DNA of 64,000 nucleotides, from the NCBI GenBank assembly GCA_964016885.1, contig OZ024742.1, positions 142,972,001 to 143,036,000 of the forward strand, read 5' to 3'. This document shows positions 23,801 through 31,509 of the stretch, in pieces; within the stretch, counting starts at the first letter, position 1; each line of letters begins with the position of its first letter. The notes beneath the pieces were generated by a model. It saw only the letters and a list, made by a program, of their open reading frames with translations. It did no database searches and was not told where the DNA came from. The position numbers and the translations under genes were made by a program. This DNA is from Eledone cirrhosa. Its lineage: Eukaryota.

Positions 23801-23991
23801 CTGGAACAGAGGTTTATATTGAAATAAATGTCAAATTGAGATTATTTCAAAAGATATTTTAACAAAAGAACATTTTTACTGAAGATAAGACAGTATTTAT
23901 AAATACTTACCATTGCATCTGAACCATGTAATCCAAGAGAAGTGGGAAATCTAATATCTCGTACAGAGTACCCAGTGATTGTTGCATCCAT
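429..23991 (-). CDS. ENOSF1: ENOSF1 (mitochondrial enolase superfamily member 1 / L-fuconate dehydratase), coding exons 1-12; 3' exons beyond window start
   Basis: join(complement 23911-23991, 19457-19559, 17813-17928, 16682-16768, 13772-13798, 12997-13037, 10212-10243, 8578-8616, 8082-8164, 3462-3496, 2006-2093, 429-563). All introns GT-AG with matching phases. Protein [27 protein letters not shown]...[14 protein letters not shown]...[14 protein letters not shown]...FKTKVG...MVDANQKW...[10 protein letters not shown] is colinear with human ENOSF1 as recalled, with the KxK, DAN and EEP motifs. Confidence 0.97.
1257..1480. repeat. Tandem repeat, ~82-bp unit x ~2.7
   Basis: aact(t/g)ctag(g/c)tagtttt recurs at 1257, 1339 and 1420. 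Confidence 0.8.
1610..1775 (+). mobile_element. CR1-like LINE 3' UTR fragment
   Basis: matches the 3' UTR of the 22575-23265 copy (gatgagttgtagtgcacctga..tgtacacaata). Confidence 0.85.
2006..2093 (-). CDS. ENOSF1: ENOSF1 exon 11 ([29 protein letters not shown])
   Basis: 88 nt, KxK catalytic motif, AG/GT. Confidence 0.95.
2160..2310 (+). mobile_element. tRNA-derived CORE-like SINE, family B
   Basis: A box TGGCTTAGTGG, degenerate B box, CORE-like tccttgagcaag..tttcacattgctccagt. Confidence 0.8.
2541..2570 (+). ncRNA. Decayed minimal type-I hammerhead ribozyme motif (Penelope-like element associated)
   Basis: CTGATGA-A-GGAC-tagc-GTCT-GAAA-CGTT: both core boxes, stem II and palindromic AACGTT; stem I is poor. 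Confidence 0.5.
2666..2774. repeat. ~110-bp imperfect palindrome / small hairpin element
   Basis: ttagtgcttgacagctgagctcatg ... catgagctcagctctcaggcactaa are near reverse complements. Confidence 0.8.
2841..2903. repeat. Compound microsatellite (CT)n(TA)n(TG)n
   Basis: direct reading. Confidence 0.95.
3462..3496 (-). CDS. ENOSF1: ENOSF1 exon 10 ([12 protein letters not shown])
   Basis: 35 nt, tttcag/gtaag, phase 0->2. Confidence 0.92.
3950..6252 (+). mobile_element. RTE-clade LINE, 5' half (APE endonuclease + RT), inactivated and 3'-truncated
   Basis: APE motifs TMNIGTL, CIQETRW, SAYAPQ, AGDLNGH, VDYIL; RT motifs [32 protein letters not shown]; frameshift near 5308-5335 and stops at 5878 and 5911. 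Confidence 0.95.
6253..6416 (+). mobile_element. piggyBac-like MITE fragment (family also at 51667-51870 and split at 25770-26695)
   Basis: Shared ttatgtaagaa..gttatgtttca..gattatttt(c/g)aaaat sequence; TTAA-like termini. Confidence 0.5.
6755..7180 (-). mobile_element. CR1-like LINE 3' fragment
   Basis: reverse complement of the CR1 ORF end (RVAEAWNK-like) and 3' UTR. Confidence 0.85.
8082..8164 (-). CDS. ENOSF1: ENOSF1 exon 9 ([28 protein letters not shown])
   Basis: 83 nt, GYPAYTTS motif, AG/GT. Confidence 0.96.
8578..8616 (-). CDS. ENOSF1: ENOSF1 exon 8 ([13 protein letters not shown])
   Basis: 39 nt, atttag/gtgagt, phase 1->1. Confidence 0.88.
9547..9597. repeat. (TA)n(GA)n microsatellite
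   Basis: direct reading. Confidence 0.95.
10212..10243 (-). CDS. ENOSF1: ENOSF1 exon 7 ([10 protein letters not shown])
   Basis: 32 nt, tttcag/gttcgt; phase 2->1 fits both neighbours. Confidence 0.88.
12040..12250 (-). mobile_element. CR1-like 3' UTR fragment
   Basis: reverse complement of the CR1 tail. Confidence 0.85.
12252..12535. mobile_element. ~280-bp palindromic MITE-like element
   Basis: Left arm gaataagacaagatgaaatagttaattaatccattgttttacaa matches the reverse complement of the right arm; inner arms also pair. Confidence 0.7.
12997..13037 (-). CDS. ENOSF1: ENOSF1 exon 6 ([14 protein letters not shown])
   Basis: 41 nt, cacag/gtaagt, IDFRY motif, ends in phase 2. Confidence 0.93.
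13772..13798 (-). CDS. ENOSF1: ENOSF1 exon 5 (PLWKLLVDM)
   Basis: 27-nt microexon, ttccag/gtaag. Confidence 0.93.
13935..14120 (-). mobile_element. SINE family A
   Basis: reverse complement of ggcggtggattggcagtatcgg...tttcatc...gtaccag. Confidence 0.85.
14250..14395. mobile_element. Fragment of the pogo-like MITE family (cf. 25817-26555, 57804-58706)
   Basis: taatcaaca..tatgtttagatggtgtggtt..atatttatgaagttttaatattttga is shared. Confidence 0.75.
14619..16543 (+). mobile_element. Nested CR1-clade LINE cluster: outer copy 14619-15010 + 16199-16543; inner copy 15011-16198; SINE A at 15926-16113
   Basis: ORF2 C-terminus [57 protein letters not shown]; (ATT)n tails; the outer copy resumes where it broke. 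Confidence 0.92.
15926..16113 (+). mobile_element. SINE family A inserted in a CR1 tail
   Basis: A and B boxes plus core; short attat(c/t)c duplication at the flanks. Confidence 0.88.
16682..16768 (-). CDS. ENOSF1: ENOSF1 exon 4 ([29 protein letters not shown])
   Basis: 87 nt, AG/GT, highly conserved family motif. Confidence 0.97.
17533..17752 (+). mobile_element. SINE family A
   Basis: A and B boxes, core, ATT tail; flanked by the direct repeat attattaattcattaaaa. Confidence 0.88.
17813..17928 (-). CDS. ENOSF1: ENOSF1 exon 3 ([10 protein letters not shown]...LTSDDQMRW)
   Basis: 116 nt, AG/GT, phase 1->0. Confidence 0.95.
17985..18252 (-). mobile_element. tRNA-derived CORE-like SINE with a different tail ending in (ACTTTA)n
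   Basis: Minus-strand head tggcctagtaattagagtg, CORE-like body, actttaactttaac tail. Confidence 0.65.
19457..19559 (-). CDS. ENOSF1: ENOSF1 exon 2 ([34 protein letters not shown])
   Basis: 103 nt, AG/GT, phase 0->1. Confidence 0.95.
20554..21389. mobile_element. Tigger/pogo-like MITE interrupted by a CR1 insertion
   Basis: TIRs TA-caggtaaaattccgttat / gttagaacggaatttcactg-TA. Confidence 0.7.
20653..21326 (-). mobile_element. CR1-like LINE 3' end with bipartite tail
   Basis: ORF 20953-21246 ([21 protein letters not shown]); near-identical by eye to 15345-16198 without the SINE. Confidence 0.92.
21800..22200 (+). mobile_element. Old RTE-group RT fragment
   Basis: [21 protein letters not shown]; KK..LADCNN; EEQVGF.SGRSC, with stops. 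Confidence 0.7.
22575..23265 (+). mobile_element. Internally deleted CR1-like LINE
   Basis: [16 protein letters not shown] joined directly to the [17 protein letters not shown]-terminus, then 3' UTR and (ATT)n. Confidence 0.9.
23911..23991 (-). CDS. ENOSF1: ENOSF1 coding exon 1 ([27 protein letters not shown])
   Basis: ATG at 23991, DIRFPTS motif, donor GTAAGT; a possible acceptor (ctgttag) at 24008-24009 hints at an upstream UTR exon. Confidence 0.95.
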
Positions 23992-24192
23992 TTTGTATTC
24001 ATATAAGCTAACAGAAGAAGGAGTCTCTTTGGTAGTCCTCTCACCAAATTTAATTTGTAATATACAGTAACTTAAATTAAGTGTGTAACCTGTATTCAGT
24101 GTGTAATCTAAATGATACTTTTATATTTGATAACATTTTGACAAATGGGAACACTTATCTTGAATACATTTAATAATACAAAGGTTACTTTT

Positions 24193-25770
24193 ATCATCAT
24201 CATCATCATCATCGTTTTTCCATGCTTGCATGGGTTGGACAGGTCTTTTTCAGCACAGTATTTCTCCCCTCACAGTGTTCCTTCGTCATCTCCTCTGTGA
24301 GTCTCAGCAATTTGAGATCAGCTCTCACCACCTCTGCCCAGGTCTTTCTTGGTCTACCTCTACTGTGGCTTCTTTCCACTGGAATTTCATGGCACTTCTT
24401 CACTCTGTGATCAATCCATGCACATCACACATCTGTACCAATGCAGTCTTTTCTCCTGCATACCACTTCAGATTTCTCTTAAACCCAGTTTCTCTCTCAG
24501 CTCATCCAAGCTCTACCGTTCTCTTATGTTTACATTGCACATCCAATGAAGCATGGCTGCTTCATTTCTCTTGACTCTACACATGTCCTCTGTAGTCACA
24601 GCCCATGTTTCATAACCATGAAGTACACAGGCACCATGTAGTCTTCCTTTTGTCAATAGTGGGAGTAGCTTTCTAAACGCTTCCATCCTATTATTATTCT
24701 AGCTATTATTCTCTCAGAGCACTGCCCCCTCGCTGCTGCTAATTAAATAGCAGAAGCTACTGGAAAAGTTTTATATCACTGATGCTTTTCTCCTCGATTA
24801 CCCTTGTGCATCTTTTATATACAGTCTTCTCATCCTGTTAGCCTATCCATTATCCCACTACATCTCTTGTGTACTCAAGATTTACGTTGTGTACATTGTA
24901 TGGAGTTTATGCCTACTCCTTTTCTTTCTATTGAGCAGGGCCACTTCCCTGAAGGACTCAGGGTCCTATCTTCGTTTTTACTTACTGGCATTTTAGTTTT
25001 AGCTAAGTTTACTCTGACCTTTTAATTTCTAATTCTGTTTCCATAGTAGGAACTTATTCTCTAGTTATTTTATGGATTCAGCTATAAGGACCAGATCATC
25101 ATAGATCTGCATAGAGAAGTTCCCATAGACAGTCCATTTTAAACGCCTCTGTTTTAGCCTGGAGAACTTAGCAATGGGCTAAGAACTGAATCTTAATGAA
25201 CTCCTACCTGTACCTTGAATTCATTGCTAAACTCATTTCCTACTCTCACTTTACTGGCAGCTCCACTGTACATGACTTGCATTTCTCTCACAAGCCATTC
25301 TTCTACACTTAATTTCCTTAAGGACTGCCAGATAATAGATCAAGGTACTCCGTCAAAGGCCTTCTTTAAATTAACAAAAGCTAACTATAGTGACTTATTT
25401 TTGGCTAGGAACTTCTCTTGTAGTTGTCTCACAAAAAGAGGGTATCTGTAGTACTTTTCCCAGACATAAAACCAAACTGCATCTCATCTAATTTGACTCT
25501 TTCTAGCTGGGCTAGAACTCTTTCTGTCACTTCCATAACTTGGTCCATTTTATTCCTCTAAAGTTGCTCCTTTCTAGAGCATCACTTTTACCCTTGTAGC
25601 AATTTATGTTTATACTGCTGCACTAGTAATTGGGTATGACTCCGTTCTGTATTACCTGATTGACTATGTGGGTTACTAGTTCAACTCCTTCTTCACTCGA
25701 TGCTTTTAGCATCTCTGTGATTGTTTCGTTGATCCTATAACTGTCAACTTCAATAGCTGACACTGCCTAT
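24193..25770 (-). mobile_element. Degenerate RTE LINE (RT to 3' end, (TGA)n tail)
   Basis: RGRPRKTWAEVV; reverse complement of QFGF, KAFD and WELLYAD; (CAT)n at 24194-24212. Confidence 0.88.
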
Positions 25771-25816
25771 GATTTTTAGATAATCAAGAATTTAGAGTGA
25801 TTTAGTAATATAACTG

Positions 25817-26555
25817 CAGTATATACTCATATATAAGTCAAGAAATATGTGACTAAAAAATTTGATGTTAAAATGGGGTCAGTTTATATTCGAGGATAAT
25901 ATTTTGCCGATTTTCACCAACTTCAAATTCTATGTAGATAAACTGCTAAAATATCTGGAGTGATTATTTTACAATGAAACACTGTTTTTTTACATTTGCT
26001 ACATCGTTATTAGTTTTATTTATACATTTCTTTAAAAATATTTCCAGCAAACTTTTTAATTCATAAATATCCCATAAACATATATATTTTTCTCTGATCT
26101 AATAATACTTTTTCTCTCAATCTACTTCTAACTTGTGTTTTATTGCTCTCGCTCTCTCTCTCTCCCTTCTTCTCCCTCTAGTTTGCTGTTTCTTTCTCCC
26201 ACTTTTACTCCTTATTCAAAGTTCTCTCTCTTTCAAAGTACTCCTATTATGTGAATGGCCGAAGGTCCAAAAAAATTTGAGAAATTTGTTGAAACATTAT
26301 AAAATGGATAAAATGGTAAAAAGCATTACGTGATGTAGTTGTGAAACAAAACTATACTCTAAATGACACGTAAAACATTTTAAACATCAAAATATTAAAA
26401 CTTCATAAATATATTTTATACTTAGAATTTCAAAACGAGGCCATCTAAACATAATGTGTTGATTAGCTGCCTCGGCTTATAAAAGGGGTTTTGATTTTTG
26501 CCCATTTCTCAGACATAAATTAGGGGTGGGGGTGCTTATATTCAAGTATATATGG
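25817..26555. mobile_element. pogo/Tc1-mariner-type non-autonomous DNA transposon (MITE)
   Basis: TIRs cagtatatactcatatataag / cttatattcaagtatatatgg-TA; inverted homolog at 57804-58706. Confidence 0.8.
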
Positions 26556-27159
26556 TAATTTTTTTGTTCTTAAGTTGATGTTTGGAACATAACTGCATAA
26601 AATCATGATGGAAATTGTTTACATAAATACAAACACTTAAAATTAAACAGCTTTGTACCATAAAATCACAGGTGGTTTCATCTTAAAATGGTTAAAAACT
26701 ATATCTTCTCTAAAGATCTATTAGGTGAAAACTTTTGTTTTTTTGTAAATGTGATTTCTCACCAAACTAACTTTGGAATCAAGTTTAGTTTCTGCATGAA
26801 CCCATTTCCTTTTATTTATTTTGTTAATGTTTGAGATACATTTCAGTCATATTTCCTTTCTTCTGTAAATATGATGTCTGGGATTTATGTAAAAAAAGAA
26901 GAAAAAATCAATAATTATATATAGGCATTATAAAAATGCAGTATTATTACTAGATAACTGTTATGGAAGCTTAATATATAGTCATTCAATATAATGTATT
27001 GACTGTAACAAATTACCTTTAATCAATCAAATATCTAATTAAAGCAACTCTTTTAATGTAGCATTATCTATTGCCAGCCCTTGGAAAAACTCCAGTGCTT
27101 TTACTGATATACCCCAGCCTGTTTCATCATTTAAAGTAATGTTTTATATGCAGCAAATG

Positions 27160-27490
27160 TGAAGGCTTGTAGCTTAGTGGTTAAAGCATTGGGCTCACAA
27201 TTATGATGTTGCGAGTTTGATTCTCAGGCTGGGTGATGCATTGTGCCTTTGGGTAAGACACTTTATTTTATGTTGTTCCAGTTCAATCAGCAGGAAAAAA
27301 TTAGTTGTGATGTCACTAGTGCAAAGCTGTATCGCCCTTTGCCTTCACCATGGACAACATTGCTAGTGTAGAGGGGGAGATTGGTATGCATGGGCAACTG
27401 CTGGTCTACCACAAAAACACCTTGTCCAGGCTTGTGCTTTAGAGGGGAACTTTCTAGATGCAAACCCATGGTCATTCACGACCAGAGGAA
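27160..27490 (+). mobile_element. CORE-like SINE family B
   Basis: tRNA-like head, CORE-like ggtaagacacttt. Confidence 0.75.
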
Positions 27491-27640
27491 GCGTTCCCTA
27501 TGTCATTGTTAGCTGTTGTTTAACCCTAAGTCAGCACTAATAGTACAATTTATATCATACCGGAGTTTTACGCTATACTGGTAACATAAGTGGGGGACTG
27601 TGTGTGTTTTGTGATATATATATATATATATATATATATA

Positions 27641-28375
27641 CCAGTTTATACTGTTGATTTTATTGTGATTTTATAGGCGTTTCCCCAGAGGACGGCAAGG
27701 GAGACGCGCTGGAAAAGCCACTCCAACTCGCGGGGCTCACACCTACGGCTGGCCAGATCAGCGCATATAGTGGTGAGTAAGGAGGTAGCCCTGGGGCCGA
27801 GGACACCAGAAGTTTCCACTGCCAGGGGAATGACCGCAAACCTGTCAGAGAGTGACCGGTATTTGAGGAGTTTGGCCCCCTCAGCCTGATGTGCAGCAGA
27901 ACCTGGGTTAGTCGCAGACTGCACCAAGTTGCGGCTGCAGAAAGTGTCGGTGCAAGTGGCATCCCAGATGAGGGGTTTGCCACCGCGGAACAGGATGATG
28001 GTCATGCCATCTCGCCTTTTGCCGTCCCCTCTATCCAGCCCCACCGGCTCGAGCTGGGAAGGGAAGCCTGCAGCGTCCAAGCCATGCTTAATGACCTCGT
28101 TGAGGGCAGTATGGCGTGGAATGCGGCCGGCCCTGTGGCGACAGGAAAGCGGGTGGAGGCCGAAAGAGTTCACGGTGGAACCGCAGCGACATTGGTGTGG
28201 CTGGCAGATCCGGAGGCCGAGCCTCAGAGAAACGCTGATTCGCAGGCTTTGGTTGTCTAGCTGCGTGCCAGTGGAGAAGGAGGGCAGAACATGGAGCCAG
28301 ACACCACTGTGGGGTTTGGAGGCCACACGAAAACAAGCAAGACAAGCAAGGCGGTGCTGGCGCGTCAGCCTTCCT
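27641..28375 (-). mobile_element. CRE-clade (RLE-type) non-LTR retrotransposon 3' end: Zn knuckle + restriction-like endonuclease
   Basis: ORF 27646-28407: SGVWL..P, LRLG, CRCG..GLHPLSC, RH..LNEVI, EP, R(R)DG..WDAT, AE..K..KY, PLAVETSG, QRVSLAVLWGNA; GC-rich; abuts (TA)n. Confidence 0.8.
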
Positions 28376-28549
28376 GGTATGCAACTAGTCACCCAAATAA
28401 GGTGCAACTCACAAATCCATCTTACCTGTTCTCTTGTTTCATCCTAGTTGAGGACCATACTGCGCACTGATATAGAGTGAAAAATTGTATGAGGTGTAGA
28501 ATGATAGTCTGGACATGTTGCTCTTTCTCCATTTATCAGTCTATTATTG

Positions 28550-28650
28550 TATGCACGTGGCTTAGTGGTTAGAGAGTTGGATTCACAGTTCAATTCTTGG
28601 ACCAGGTGATGTGTTGTGTCCTTGAGCAAGACACTTTATGTCATGTTGCT
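28550..28650 (+). mobile_element. CORE-like SINE family B, truncated
   Basis: gtggcttagtggttagag..tccttgagcaagacacttt. Confidence 0.75.
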
Positions 28651-29314
28651 CTTCCTGCCAGGAGATGCATAGATAGTATCAGCATTTGAAAGACCAATGG
28701 AAACATTGTTTTCTTGGTCTGATTTGATGAGGTCCACCCCATTCGGCAAGTCAATAAGGTTTGGGATCTTGCCAGTCGATCAGAGCGATTGTTGTATGTT
28801 GATAGATTCAGGTCTATTAGGTGAAAAAACGTTTGTTTTCTTGTAGGAGATTATTGTAGAATAGATGATTTCTCAGCAAACTAACTTCATTATTGCTGTT
28901 TCTTATCGACAGTACGCATCTCAAGTGAGGTTATTAATGTTGCAGTTATTTTTGTGTGAGAGCTCAGTCAGGAAGGACTATTATAGTCCATAATGTATTG
29001 TTTGTACATCGTAGTTGATATTTCTGTTAGTTGAGATTGTTCTAAGTATTTTTGTGTGTAGTTTTGCTTATTTTATCACACCTTCCATATTTGTCGTGAA
29101 TGTATAGGAAAAGATTTTAACTCCTTGTATGTATGTGTGTGTGTGTGTGTGATATGCTTATGTTGTTGAGTGTGCTGGTCAGTTGTATTTGATATTCTCT
29201 AGTGTTGCAGATAAAATGGGAAACTGGATTTGCTAGATTTTCCCCCCAGACAATGCAGTCTTTGTTCTTTCAAAGCAAAAAAGACTAATAGGAGTGATGA
29301 CTAAAAATTAAAAA

Positions 29315-29411
29315 AAAACACAGGTTCTTGTCCGATCACCGAAGTTAAGCAACATCGAACCTAGTTAGTACTTAGATGGGTGACTGCTTGGGAACCCTAG
29401 GTGCCGTAAGC
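29315..29411 (+). pseudogene. 5S rRNA pseudogene, 5'-truncated (~20 nt missing)
   Basis: ggttcttgtccgatcaccgaagttaagcaac..ttagtacttagatgggtgactgcttgggaa..ggtgccgtaagc matches the animal 5S consensus, including internal control boxes A and C. Confidence 0.9.
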
Positions 29412-29423
29412 ATTTACTTTTAT

Positions 29424-29766
29424 GGAGGCACATGGCTTAGTGGTTAGAGCATTGGCCTTGCAATCGAAAGGTTGTGAGTTCAATTCTCAGACTGGGTGAG
29501 GTGTTGTTTCCTTGAGTAAGACACTTTATTTCACATTGTTCCAGTTTACTCAGCTGTAGAAATGAGATGATAGGACTGGGGTCCGTATCATTCCACTGCA
29601 AAAAAGCACCCAGCCCACACTGTAAAGTGAACGTGTAGGCGCCACGGAAAAAAAGCATCCAGCACTCACTGTAAATGAGGTTGGTGTTAGGAAGGGTATC
29701 CAGCCAGAATCAGTTCCTGTCCCACCCTTGCAAGCAGGAAAAAGCGGACGTAAAATGATGATGATA
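29424..29766 (+). mobile_element. tRNA-CORE SINE with RTE-derived 3' tail
   Basis: A box TGGCTTAGTGG, B box GAGTTCAATTC, CORE-like body; tail matches the RTE 3' UTR at 33190-33425 and ends in (TGA)n. Confidence 0.85.
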
Positions 29767-30780
29767 CAGCAATGTTTTTTTTTGTAGGAGGAAGTTCAAC
29801 AGAGTAGCTGGGGAGGGAAACAGCATGAGCAATGTGACAGGATACAAACTGGGATGTCATGGTATAAGTGTGTATGATGGTATTTAATATGGGTGCAAAT
29901 AATGGATATCAACAAGGGGACATATGGGGGTGGGGGTGTTAGTGATGTGAATATGATTAGATTGAATGTCAAGGTTGGCAGTGATGGTAGGAGAGAGTTG
30001 TCATATTAATAGGAGTGTTAGCGGTAATAATTATGGTGGCAGTAGTGTAATGGGAGACCAGCAGGGGTTTGGACATGGGCCAGCCATAGTATCCTTCCAT
30101 ATTAGATATTTAACCAGCAGGATGTAGTGGGTATCATAGCAGAGTTATAGAAGAGAGGGTGGTGAGTAAATCCTAACCTCCATCAGCATTTTAAAATCAT
30201 GATTAAATAAGTTTAAATAATAAATGTTTAGCTCAGCGACACCACTATACTGAAAGCATTTTATTTTTAAATATAAGACAGCCCTGTTGTTTCTCTTGTC
30301 TGATTTTGCTTCAATTTAGATTGGTAGGGGTCCAGTGTTCAGAAGTAAGAATGTTTCCAGAATTATTACTATATGGAATAATAAAAACTTTGTTTCATAA
30401 AGGTGTTTTTAATCTTTATCTCTGTATTGATCTAATATGTACTACCAAAGCAAGTAGTGTGCAAGAGAGAACACTGCACTGGTATAGACATGTGATGCAA
30501 TATGAAGATCACTGGGTGAAGATGTGCTAACAGAAGGAAGCTGCATTAGAGGAAGACCAAGGAAAATTTGGGGAGAAAAACACTGAACTTTGAGGTGACA
30601 AAAGCACATAACTGGAGGTAGGCTGTGCCAACACATACAAGTATGGAAAATCAGACTTAAAATGATGACTACTGACACATAATTTAAAACTAAGCTATAA
30701 CTATCCGGTTTTTTTTCAGGTAACATATATTGTTTTATAGAATAAATTACTAAGAGATACCATCCACATGCAACACAAGT

Positions 30781-31041
30781 TTAGCATTAATATATTTAAT
30801 GCATGGAGCTGTAAAAATCAACAAGAATTATGTATAAAAGATATTTCTCATTGACAAGAACAGGAGACAACTCCAGATACGTTTTGGTTTTATTGTTCTT
30901 ATTGGCAAAACATATATTTCATCTAGTAAATGTACCAAACTGAACACTGGTTAGCTTAGGGCAATAGAATTACGAGATAGAAATGTTTTTTGCACGAAAG
31001 TTAGTATTAACAAATTTATCCCTGCATTAAATATGTTAGCT
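30781..31041. repeat. ~260-bp imperfect inverted repeat (MITE-like)
   Basis: tagcattaatatatttaatgcatgga vs ccctgcattaaatatgttagcta. Confidence 0.55.
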
Positions 31042-31509
31042 AGAGATAATTAGGTGTTGAGGTAAAAAAGAAACACCCCAAGCAAGTATGATAAGTAACA
31101 CAAGACACATTAGTCTATATAGCTGAAAATAGGGGTTAATTTAACCTCACAACAATGCCTAGTGCCAGGCAACTTAAAGTACGAAATAAATGCTTTAATA
31201 ATTTAGCATTTACATTATATATACTATTATATTTCCATGGTAAAGACTTTACCTCATATAATATTGAACCTAGAAGATTCAATGCTAAAGGGTTAATTGA
31301 TCAACATTAGAGATGAATGTTAATATTGTAAACAATCATCATTTTTAGTGTTTTATCCTTCCACGGTTGATAAAATAAAGTACCAGTAAATATAATTAAC
31401 TTTCCCCTGTCACACCAAGTTGTTGGCCTTGTGCCTAAATAAGCAATCATTAGTTTGCATCTCTCTTAAGTTTTTATCTTTAGAACAATTGTTGTAAATT
31501 ATAGAGGTG

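Noticed and set aside
28660-29130. Possible Penelope-like RT/GIY-YIG linker remnant on the minus strand (SYTFTTNMEGVIK)
   Set aside because: Only one short motif, too degenerate to support without an alignment.
29315-29411. Functional 5S rRNA gene
   Set aside because: It lacks ~20 nt at the 5' end, so helix I cannot form, and it is a solitary copy with substitutions.
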